From positions 52,888,001-52,952,000 of the forward strand of contig NW_024704742.1 of assembly GCF_018977255.1 (NCBI RefSeq): a DNA stretch of 64,000 nucleotides, written 5' to 3'. Both the position numbers and the translations under genes were made by a program. The DNA is from Callorhinchus milii. Its lineage: Eukaryota. Positions 49,569-61,397 of this stretch are shown piece after piece; within the stretch, counting starts at the first letter, position 1; each line of letters begins with the position of its first letter. The notes below the pieces were generated by a model. The model was not told the DNA's origin. It did not search any database and was given only the letters and a program-made list of their open reading frames with translations.

Positions 49569-52500
49569 TGCATTGTGGAATTGTGAAGGTCCAGATGCTC
49601 AGCCAGCTCAGTGGTAGCTGTGAAACAACTAACCCAAATATGGGTGGGCTATAGAGAGTAAATATCAGTCGCTTCCTGTTATCCTGTGACCTAGTGAACC
49701 CAACCCTTATCATGTCTTCAAGATGTCTCAAAGCGTTTCATAGTATATTCTGTGAAGCGCTTTGAAAGGTCTTGAAGATGTGATAAGGCACTATATCAAA
49801 TGCAAAGATTATTATTATTATCTACTGGAACCTTAGTGTGAGAGGGTGTCTATGTGAGTGCAGGGTTGGGCTCACGACAACAACAACAACAACTTGCACT
49901 TACATCGCGCCCTCTCACGCAGGGTTGAGTCTCGAGGGCTTAACAGTGACAGAGCCTGATTCCGAGCCAAGCCGGGCTCAGCTCCACAGAGGAATGACCT
50001 GCCAGATCCCACTGTCTGTCCTCTCTCATGAAGAGTTTGGGTAAGGTCCTGGAGGGCAATCGGCACTTGTAGATACCCAGCAATAGTCCATGACAGGAAA
50101 AGGGGACATCAAAGTTGCAACTGGAAAAACACCGAACAAAATACTGACGAGCTTCAATTAAAATCAAAATACCACCAGCTGTTTATTTAAAATCCAGATT
50201 AAAATGTATTCTTGTTTTGACAGACAAAACATTGAAAATATTCATCAGACGTTGCTTTAGAAACTCAAAAATATCACAAGAAAATATCTGTGATTACCGT
50301 GCAATGAATCATATTTCTTGTAAAGTGTTCTGAGCGATGAACACATGTAAAGGGAGCTATATAAATGCAATTTGTTATTGTTGTTATTGATATAGCCCAT
50401 TCTGGATAACTTTTGCTGATTAACTTTCCATTTGTTGTTCTTTTCATTGCAGTTGCACAATCTACAGATGAGATTACAACACTGAAAGAAGGTAGGGAAA
50501 AAAAACACATTTGTTTTTTTTAAAGATATGTTACATAATATAACTTCATGTGTTTATGCCAATATGTCTGTTTTTTTACTGCTAAAAAGAGCTCTGTTAT
50601 ATAAAGATTCATGCTAGTGTCTGCAAAGGTGTGAAGGGATCTCACAGCATTACTTTGATAGTCACACTCAGTAATTTATTCAACTGTATTGGGGGGGGGG
50701 GAGGGGCAGGTATCAGTCTCCTGCAATTTTTTTACTGAAAGCAGTTTTATCAAATTTCCTGATCCTAAAACCCAACAGCTGTTTTGGCTGTTTTTATATT
50801 CAGTCTTTCCTTAGTGATACCGCACAGGTGTCTTACTTGGCTAAACATAGTAACAAAAGTATGTTTCAGGCAAGTATAGGCTATTGGTCCTTCCATCCCA
50901 TCCATCTTCTCAAAGGATCCTCCTGACATATCTTGTCATCTAAAAGCCTGCCGAGGGGTTGGAAACAAATAATTCAGTTTGTGTTTTAAAGGGGCGAAAA
51001 AATATAATGTGGTAATTAATCACCTTTGACAATGATCACATCACAAACCACATTCTCGTACCCCGATAGTTATTTTTGACTCTCCCTTTGTGATGTTCAA
51101 GAGGTAAATTTCTTGGAACATGGGTTTTGCAATCAGATTCTCATGTTTCCTAAAACGAAAACAGTGATTGTGAGAGATTGCTGCATATTTTTGTTGGTAA
51201 AGTTTTGTGGTTGAAGCCTAAAATTCAGTGCTACTGCTGGACGTTTCTATATTAGTATCAAAGACTGGTTCTCCCATTCCTACCCTAGTAGTACTTTCAC
51301 CTCAGTAAATGAGTACCTCACTTTCCAATCAATATTTGTTTGAATCAGTCACTTGTCAGTTTAATCTCTTGGGTTTATCTCTATGTGATCAAGGATAAGA
51401 CTGCAGGCATTCAGTTCATTTTTACATAATTTCCTCAGTATAGAATTCAACCCCCTCTCTTCCACAAACTGAAAGCTGCCATCTTATTGATCATATTGCT
51501 TATTGTCCTTGGTTCATTCATTTTAATCTCAGGAACGTTGTATGAATGAAGAGTTCAGTATAATAATAAAACATGTGCACTATATTGTGATCAGCAGCAA
51601 TAGGTAAGTAGGCAGGTTGCTTTCTTGCCAAAGTAGCAAGTCATGCAGTAAAGTGGACACAAAAGGATCGACCGTACTATGTACACTGTGCACAAACTGC
51701 ATTGCTGTACTTATTTTCTTTCAGTGGAGCAGATATAATCATGACAACAGAAATAACCGACACTAAACAAGATGTTAATGCAAAGTGTGCCCGCACTGAT
51801 GCTGCAGGTAAACAGAACCAATCGGTTGTAGGACTTCACTTTCTCTCCATTTAAATTTTCACCTTTAAAGAGACAGAAAGCCTCTTTTGTCTTTGTTTAC
51901 GCAGATAATACTCGCAATATCTAATACATAGCTAAATCAAATTCTGGTACCATATGTGGAAATCAGTTTAATAAAACTCTACCGTCTAGATTTTCAATAA
52001 TACTTCTCTCTGCATTTCCAGAAATAAGTTATAGATTAGATATGGTTCTTAGGAAATCTCACTGTAATATCTGGTTGCACAATAACTGCAATGTATGCAG
52101 TGAAATTCATGCTGTGTTTGAGTGCAAAACATATATATTTAAAATTCTAGGGATAGATTCTAAGAAAGCAGAATATATTTATCGAAAATAATGCTGTCAG
52201 GATAATTCAAATGCAAGGTCTTCTGTCTCTTTAAATAGAGTGTGCAGTGGAAATAATACCCAGAAGAGTATCTTTGGAGTTGTTAACTAAAGAGTGCTAT
52301 TGGTTTGGTGTGTAATTAATTTTCTGGTTGGATGGGGTATGCAGAAATGTTAAGTGATTTGTGAACTTTGTATCGAATAGATTTTCAGTTCAAACATGCA
52401 TTATTTTCTATTTCTGCTTTTTGATGCATTTCTAAGCAAAGGCTTTCACCTTACTGGAGTTATAATTTCTACCTTATCATTACAAACATGTACCAAGCAA

Positions 52501-53094
52501 GAGGGTCACATGTCATATTAAAGTAAGAGCTCACGTGGTCAAGAGAGTGGACCTGCTTCCAGTCTGCTTCCAACGCTGATTTTGGTTGGCTGCCAGAAAC
52601 CACACACATGCAGTTTAGTGAAGTCTTTCCATTTGATTTTGCCTTTCACAGTAGGAAAGCATTCGATCTCTCAGTACATAATTTCAATAACATGATTGAG
52701 ATCCGCTCGACTAGCATCGGCATGCTTGTCCTTCACACCCTCCGCCCCACCACCATCAGAGGTCGCGCTTTCAGTCACTATGCCCCGACACTCTGGAAGA
52801 ATCTCCCTCAATCCCTCTGCCCCATCTCTCCCCTTTATCATGGAGGGCGCTATATAAGTGCAAGTTGTTGTTGTATCAGAGCTGTGTTGCACTACCTTCT
52901 GGCACTATGCATTTTTTTNGGACTGTTGTATATCACTAGCTACCAACAGTTCAGTACTTAGTAATATACATTAGTGAAAAGTAAAATGAATGATTGCAAC
53001 ATATTATGTACATGAAGCAGTTGGGTTAAGAACTTAATTTTTGTTAGTGTTGACAATTTACCCTTCAAACAGTATGCACTGAGATTCAACAGCA

Positions 53095-53340
53095 GGTGCA
53101 CAGAAACAGGATGCTACACAGGACCATCAAGCCTGCTCATCATCTAACTCATTTCCCCACCTGTTCTCCATATGCTCTTATTCTCAGTTACCTCTCTAAC
53201 CCTGTCTTAAATATTTCAATCTGCACCCATGCTTTTCTGTGGCAGTGCGATTCACTTTTTACCACTCTTTGCTGTGTAACTACGTTTCCTGGATTCACTT
53301 TTAACTAGCTTGGTTCTCATTTTAAATTTATTTAGAAAAT
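53095..53340 (-). mobile_element. CR1 3' end remnant
   Basis: ccatcaagcctgctc..cttaaat..tgtggcagtgcgattcac..accactctttg..tttaaattta follows the reverse-complement pattern of CR1 3' ends. Confidence 0.6.
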
Positions 53341-54272
53341 CCCTCTTGAAGTTTACAATGATAAATGAAATTTCAATCCTACCTCAGTTAAAGTTCAGGC
53401 AGAATTTGAGTGATATTCAGGGTGGGGCTAACCTTTAGTGCGCAAAGCAGGAATTGATTTTGACGACAATCTGATTACCAGGAAGACTATTTTTTTTAGC
53501 ATGGGAGCCTGTCACCTGCACGCATGTGCAATGACATTGGCCATTGTGATTTTATGGATACCAACCAGTGTTATCATGAAGTTTCATTGTTATATGGGTA
53601 CATAGACACTGAAAATAATGCAGTGAAACCTCACAAAGACATTATGGTATAAAGAAAGAAAAGTGATTTATCCTGAAATTGAATATCCTCATCCTCTTTA
53701 ATACATCTACCATTCCACGTAACAAAAGTCATTGCTGCTGATATCTGCATAACGTTATTAGCTTGATAGACACAATACCATTTACTGCATTCATATTTGT
53801 TATGATAAAAGTACCCATGGGCACACTGTACATGATTTTTGCTCCTTTCCTGGTACATTAATAATGTACACTGTGTTCAAGAAAACTTGCTCATTTGTTT
53901 GCCCCAGAGAAAAATGCTAAACAAGAAAAGAAAAAAATGATTCATTCTGTAATTGAATGTCCTCATCCACTTTAATACATTTACCATTCCAAGGAAGTGT
54001 CAACAGATGCTAAAGACTGGTTTGAATGATATCTACTGTTCTTCTCTATGGAGGACTGAACTGACAGACATGGAAATGTCTATTCTGTTACAGGAACATT
54101 AAAGTCCAGATTTCGGCAGGAATAAGTTTGATGAATGTCAGATATAATAAGTAACTAATAAGTAACTAAGTAACTAATCCACCGTGGCTTTGCTGTGTGG
54201 TTTCACAGTTGCTCAATTTGTTTAACGTCCAGTGAACCTCAGTTGAATGTCTTATCTAAAGTACATTACCTC

Positions 54273-54588
54273 CAACAACAACAACAAAATGACATTGGTA
54301 AAGCACCTTTCACATTGGGAGGACGTCCCAAGGCGCTGGACAGACAGAGTTTCGGACCCGAGCTGGGGGTCGGGGAGGGTGGAGGGCAGGGGAGAGGCAG
54401 GGAGATCAAAATCACGGTCGAAGAGGAGGATCTTGAGATCCATCTTGAAGGTGGCAAGGGAGGGGGTGAGGCGAAGGGACTGCGGGATGGAGTTTCAAAG
54501 GGTAGGGCAGAGTGGCAGAAGACCCGCCCACCAATAGTGGGGCGAGCGAGGCCGGGGACGTGAAGCAGGCCGGAGCTCGCTGAGCAGA
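54273..54588 (-). mobile_element. L2 subfamily A 3' end
   Basis: (CAA)n, cctttcacattgggaggacgtcccaaggcgc; SGLLHVPGLARPTIGGR. Confidence 0.9.
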
Positions 54589-54633
54589 CAATAGAGCTCT
54601 GCCCTAGCACTGCACTACAGCGTTAGCTTAGAG

Positions 54634-54829
54634 CAGGGTGGTCTAACTTATTGGCTGCTGAGGCGCCGGATGCACTATTTGAGAAATGTCCGTGGGCCGC
54701 ATAAGCAATATATTTGTGTTTCCCTTGCAGAAACATAACATTTACAGATTATGGAGGGAGTGGGAGGTCCAGATGAAATAGAGGATGGTGGGGAGGTGGG
54801 GTGAATGAAGTTGGACAGTTGGACCCCTG
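54634..54829. mobile_element. hAT MITE (MER30/Charlie-like termini) with 8-bp target-site duplication
   Basis: Ends cagggtggtctaac and gttggacccctg; flanks gcttagag (54626-54633) and gcttaaag (54830-54837). Confidence 0.75.
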
Positions 54830-56179
54830 GCTTAAAGCTAATAAGCTCAAAGTCCCAACGTGGGGCTTATTTATCCAAGATCCTTCAGAACAGATGCACA
54901 TCACACAATTCCTCCTGTAATTATTTTTATATTTCATTTTTGTTCTTATAACAGTAAACTAGAGAAACATGGTACACTGATACTGAGGAAATGAAGGCAC
55001 AGTTTGAAATTCAGTGTAAGTGCCTCACTTTGTATGCAAATGATGGGTAAAATGCAAATGATAGGTATAATACTGCAATCCATCATACCACAAGAGCATT
55101 GTTAGAACTGTGAGATGCATGGATTGTGGTAGACTGCAAAATAGCCAACTCTGCACTATCTGACTGAGATGCAGTAGACAAGAAGCATTGAGGGCACCCA
55201 AAATCAATGCTGAAAAGAAAGGTTAATACAATACAGCATCAAATGTACCAGGAACAACAGTGTGACCTGACTACATAAGGTTAACCCAGCGATAGTAGAA
55301 GGTTTTAACAGCTCTATAGCAGGAAATAATGACGGTACATAGATAAGAACTCACATTTCCTTGTAACGTTTGTTTAACATTTTACTCTGAGCAAACAAAT
55401 GAGCAATCACAAGTGTTCTTGCACCAAAATGAATATGACTAATGTACCAGGAAAAAAACAAAAAGCAGGTGCAGTGTGCCCATGGGTACTATTATCACAA
55501 CAAATATGAATGCAGTAAATGGTATTGTGCCTATCAAGCTAACAAGTTTATGCAACTATAGTGTCAATGACTTTTATTACCCTTCCTTTAGGAAATTAAA
55601 CTCAGATAAACAGAGTTGAACTCCAGCTACAGGGATTTTTTTTATAATACCATATCTGAAAAGCATTTGAAAGTACAACAATTAACGTATAATGACCGCA
55701 GAGACTCACGTGAAACAAAATCAAGAAGCTTTCAGTTTTGATTTCTTCTGAATTACAACCCGAACAAAAATGTAACTGATAATAATGTGGGACGAACTGT
55801 CTAAATGATCATTAGTAAACACATCTTAATTTTGCACAAATGCATGATTTCATTCATTTACATTGTGGCATGTAACAAATCTGTGGGCTTTAGTTTCACA
55901 AATGGGAGCTAACAGATTATTTTTGCAGTCTAACTTACAATGGTAATAAACGTTGATGCCGTGTACTACAAAAATTGACTTGAATTATTAAAGGATTGAA
56001 TTTCTGAAGTTCAAATCAAATTTGTTCCCCTAAATCTCATTGTTAGTCTTCAGTGTTTAGAACCATATAGCCATAAAAAATTATGCCCCTCTGTGCTTGT
56101 GCCAGCTCCCTCAAGAGCAAAGTTTGTTAATACATATCATGTAGCCCTCTGATGTTATTCAAGATTGCACAAGTAACTT

Positions 56180-57215
56180 GGAGCCCCAGGGCTCCATTCT
56201 TGGCCCTCTTCTTTTCCTTATCTATATGCTCCCTCTGGATAATGTGATTCAGAGACATGGGGTAAACTTCCACATGTATGCAGATGACACACAAATCTAC
56301 TTTGCCTCCTCCAGTACCAACTCCAGGTCTGCCGATATTCTATCAGCTTCTCTGGAAGACATCAAGGCCTGGATGAGTGTAAACTTCCTGTAGCTGAATA
56401 TGGACAAGACGGAAGCCATACTCATTGGCTCTCGTCAACATCTTCACTCCTGTGGATCTAAACTCCTCACCCTTCCTGGGCTATGCCTCAGACTCACCGA
56501 ACCAGTGCTCAACCTAGGCATCCGGTTCGACCCCCAACTGTCCTTCCTCCCCCACATCTGGTCCCTGACCAGAATCGCTTTCTTCCACCTCCACCACATT
56601 GCCCACCTCCGACCGTACCTTATCCCAAATGTTGCCGAAACCCTGGTACATGCATTTGTCACCTCCCGCTTGGATTACTCCAACGCACTTCTTTCCGGTC
56701 TCTCCAGCTCCACTATTCACAAGATCCAGCTCATTCAGAACTCTGCTGCCTACATACTGACCCGGACCAAACTCCATTCCCACATCTCACCAGTTCTGGC
56801 CAGGCTCCACTGGTTCCCCATCACCTAACAGATCAAGATCCTCACTCTCATGTTCAAATTCCTTCATTCTCAGGCACTTCTCTACCACTCCGACCTCCTC
56901 ACTGCCCAATCCACCACCCGGCACCTCCGCTGGACTGGCACCGGCCTCCTGCTCGTCCCTCGCACCCTCCGCCCCAACATTGGAGTTTGTGCTTTCAGCC
57001 ACTAAGCCCCCAAACTCGGAACACTCTCCCTCCATCCCTCCGGCTTGCCTCCTCTCTCCCCTCTTTCAAGTCCCGCCTGAAAACTTTCGTCTTTGACCGT
57101 GCTTACGGCCACCTCCCCCCGGCTCGGAGTCAGGCTCCGCCATTGTTAAGTGCTCTGAGACACTACCCTGCGTGGAGGGCGCTGTATGCATGCAAGTTGT
57201 TGTTGTTGTAGTTGT
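56180..57215 (+). mobile_element. L2 subfamily B RT 3' portion
   Basis: [26 protein letters not shown], an in-frame stop at 56391-56393, ..RLHWFPIT; (TTG)n tail. Confidence 0.96.
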
Positions 57216-57261
57216 ATTAAGGTTTGGCTGCCAAATAATTTAAATGGAAACCACCAATTCT

Positions 57262-57670
57262 GAGCCTGGTTCACCACTCTTGATTCAGAAGATTGTGGAT
57301 CTAAGCCCCACATCAAGACTTTGAGTTAATATAGTCTAGGTTGATACTCTGATGCTTTTGACAGAGATTCCATCCTTCAGATAAAATATGAAATGAAGGT
57401 CACTGTCTGTCTGTTCAGGTGGATAGTAAAGATCCTATGGCACTAATTGAAAATAGAAAGTAGTTTCTCTTTATGTTCTGACTGATCATCTCCCAAATTT
57501 AAAAAAAATGTTCACTTCATGGCTATTTATGGGACATTTCTGTGTGCAAATAGGCTGCTGGATTTGCCTATAAAAACAGTCACTAAACACAGAAAAATTC
57601 TGTGAAGCAATTTAAGACATTTCAATCATGGGATAAAGAGCAATGCCAAATTCAAGGATTATTTATTTAT
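57262..57670 (+). mobile_element. Decayed Deu-domain SINE
   Basis: tcagaagattgtggatctaagcccc head; gttcaggtggatagtaaagatcctatggcact core. Confidence 0.78.
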
Positions 57671-59019
57671 TATAACAACTGCCACCCAATTAGAAATAGT
57701 TTAGAATGGAAGCAAATAAAAATGACTGGAGCCCACGAACCTCATATCAAAGACATTAGGGCTAAACTACCACCTATTGCCCATCTCTCTTTCACATATG
57801 CTGGTTTTCAATATGCACTATTATTGACTTTGCTTACTAACCAACATGCACTAAAAATTAATCAATTTGTTTAAACATCTGAATTGAAAAGGGTTATTAT
57901 GCACAAATTCCATTGTATTGAGATGGCCCTTTTTGTGTCCTGTTACTGTGAGGATAAATATGTGGTTCTCTCAGCCTGGTTTAATCATTTAACCTAAATG
58001 ATGATGGGTTCTGCATGTGTCAAACACTCGTCTGACAAAAACATACTGAGGTTTTTAGAAACCTGCAATACGTACGTCACAGGTCTGTATGAACAGACTG
58101 CTTTTAAATAGGTACCAGCAACTCTTTGAACAAAGTAATTGTTGGGAACTGTTCTCCTGCCCACATTCTAGGCTTTAGTTACTGCAAGTCTGGTGAGATT
58201 TAGAGACAGAAAAGAGCTTGAGCAAAAAAGAACTGCCTAAAATAAATAACAATTGATAAATTATTCATGCTGGACTATTTCAGAAACAGAGGATAAATAA
58301 AGAGAAATAACAAAATCTTCAGCTTATTTTAAACAGTAGGAAAATGTCCGTGTGTCATAAATTGAATAAAATGGTTATTCCACTGTTTGCATTCCTTATT
58401 TATGATTTTATAATAATCCTAAAATAATAAGCATTACATTTAATATATCACCTATAAGATCGAAATTCTTAAATTGCTTAAAGGTAATTGTTGTCAATTT
58501 AGTACCTGTATATTTGTAGACAAACACAGCATCCATAAAGTGAATTACCAATTTATCTGGATTGTTGGCCAGGAAACCAGGAGAAACTGTCTTCTCTTTT
58601 CAGGACATAAGGTTCTGGATGAGAGCTAACTTCCTTCAGTTGAATGTCGACAAGACCGAGGTTCTCCTGCTTATCTTTGCATTCGCTCACATTAGGAGAA
58701 TGTCCCAAAGGACTAAACAGGATTTTACTGTGAAGTACTGTGACTGTAATTTGTGGGGAAACACAGCAGGCCAATTTGAGCATTGCAGTGCTCCACAAAC
58801 AGACAGGGAGTGAGTGACCAATTTTATTTTGGGCGATTTGTTGGTCAGGACACTGGAAGAAACTCTCTTCTCTTTATGAATAGTGCCCTGGTATCTTTAA
58901 CGTCCACCTAATGGGACAGCAGAGAACTTTGGTTGAACATCTAAAATAATATTAAATGGGACCAAACAGGACCTTAGTTTAACATTCATCCTAAGGACGA
59001 CACATCTCACAATGCACTG

Positions 59020-59262
59020 TCCTGCTTCATGTTCCGCGCCTCACCATCTGTGTGTGACATTCAGCCTGTTTTCCCCCACTCTCTGGAACGCCATCCTGGA
59101 GTCCCTTCACCTCCTCCCTCCACTCACCTCACCTCCTTCAAGGTCCATCTCAAGACTTCCCTGTTTGACCTCTTTCCCCAGCTCAGGTGAAAACCCTCAA
59201 TGGTCCAGCGCCTTGGGACATCCTCCTGATGTGAAAATGCTATAGAAAGCAATTTGTTGTTT
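59020..59262 (+). mobile_element. L2 subfamily A 3' end
   Basis: ctctggaacgccatcc..gccttgggacatcctcctgatgtgaaa..ttgttg. Confidence 0.85.
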
Positions 59263-61397
59263 GTTTTTATGCCACTTTGCAGCATCTAAAGTGCATTTGA
59301 GTCAGCGGTTTCATAAATTTATTTTAGGAACTATAAATCTGGATGAATCAAAGAGGGGATAATTGACATAGGCTGTTGTACAATAGGCTATTGTTTTGCT
59401 TCTTTTACTATTTCTCACTAAAAGGCTTCGAGACTGGATTAAATAGTTTTGAATTACCACAGTTCCACATATGTTCAGCAAGGAAATGGAGGACTGATGA
59501 TGCCACAGAAACATTCACATCCTTTGCTGGCAAACAAAACAAAGCCATTTAAAATGAAATCACAGAAAGGGAAATTAAGTTAAGTGAATATTCTTTCAAT
59601 TTCCACTCGCTCTCTTTTTCTCACTTCAAGTCAATCACCTCCATTCTGTGCCGCATGTGACCTGACTATGTGAGTGAGCAAGCCTGAAACATTTACTGGA
59701 TATATAATTTAAGAAAAAGGTAAACAGAATGCATATGATCTGTTTATGAAGAAATGCATGTTGCCCAAATAATTAAAAACAAGCATTGTAATCATTAAAT
59801 TGTTTGCCTACAAACACACGATGACTATACTTAACAGTAAATCATGTGAAGTGCTTTGAGATGTTTCAATGTTGTATTAGATGCTGTATCAAAGGTGATG
59901 ATAATTATTATTACTATTATTAATTCATCTCTCCATTTGTCTGCTTATCTACATGGAATGGACAACCAGGACAATTAATAAAATAAATTAATAGATAGAT
60001 AGATAAATAAACAATCCTTGCATTTGTCATAACGCCTTTCACAGCTTGAAGACGCATCAAAGCACTTGACAGGATTTACTGTAAAGTGTATTTATTGTAC
60101 TTTTTTCTAGGCAAACAAGTAGAATATAGACCTATATCTGATTATAAAATATCCAATATAGTTCAAATCTTCCCTTATTCTTATGATTTTCTTTGACTGA
60201 AACAACAGGACAATGAGATGATGAATGATGATCACTGAAAAACACAAGTTCTTAAATCCACATCCACCAAGAAACCTGGACAGTGGGATAAAATTCCACC
60301 CGAGTTTAAATTGACTATTGATGTAGCATTGCAGAGTGTGGCGAATTCAGCGAATTGTTAAACTCAGTTTTAACTTTGAACTCCGTTTTCTATCATTCTT
60401 AAAAAAAACGTGATTCAAAATTAATGATAGTATTTAGAAATTTGACAAATTCAGGCCACTCTAGAATGCTATGTTAACAGAGTAAATCCTGATGGAATAC
60501 ACTGTGGGAAGGAACATTTAATCTTAATTGTAAGATTCCTTTCATAACTCCACATTTTCTTACCTATATTCACTTATTCACTAAGATGTGAACCTTTGTG
60601 CATGTCCAGACATTATTCACCTAAGATCATTTAGTAGATAATACGCACAAGTCCTGACATGATACCAATAAAACTATGTACACATTCATTTTGTATGGTG
60701 CTTGGTTCTGCACAACTACACATTTGTTACTAACACTAACTATTTGAGTTGTAAGTTATATACTGATTGCAGCTTTGCAAACTTACCCTACAGGCCCAGA
60801 GATGAAGGGCAGAGACTTGCGAACTTTGAATTAATTGATATAACGTTTCAGAGCTGGGAAGATCATTAAAGTACATTGTCTTGAGTCGATCACTTCACCA
60901 CTGTTCAAACGCTGGTTGGTTCTGAGGATGAGGAATGGAGCCTGCAACAAAATTGCTAGTACTCTCATTCACAGGACAATCTCTCTCATTCCCTCAACCA
61001 AATGATCCAGGAAAGGATAGAACAACATTCTTTTGTATTACTCCTCCAGAGTGTTATGCTCTACATTGTTTTATAACCTAGAATAATTTTTCACTCTTTC
61101 TGAGGTGAATTCACTACTATGAATAAATGTTGCCTTGGCATAAAGAGCATGAAACATTCCCCCAATTCTGTCACTCTGAAAGCACTTCAATGTCAGTGTG
61201 GCTTCATTTACTGCTTGTAACTTATTACATGTCTTTTTCCAGTTATACTGAAATAATGGCACAAAGTAGCTCAGCAGATATGTCCATGCTTTACGGGAAA
61301 TAGCAAAGTCACTCATCTGCATCATATTAAACATGTGATTTGCATTGATTTCACTTTTGTTTCAATTTTCTGCAGCAATTCTTTCATTGCAGGAGCC

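Larger units (their letters stand above)
53719..55580. repeat. Long inverted repeat of about 210 bp (53719-53924 vs 55369-55580)
   Basis: Core ttagcttgatagacacaataccatttactgcattcatatttgtt..gtacccatgggcacactg is present in opposite orientation at about 55473-55543. Confidence 0.9.
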
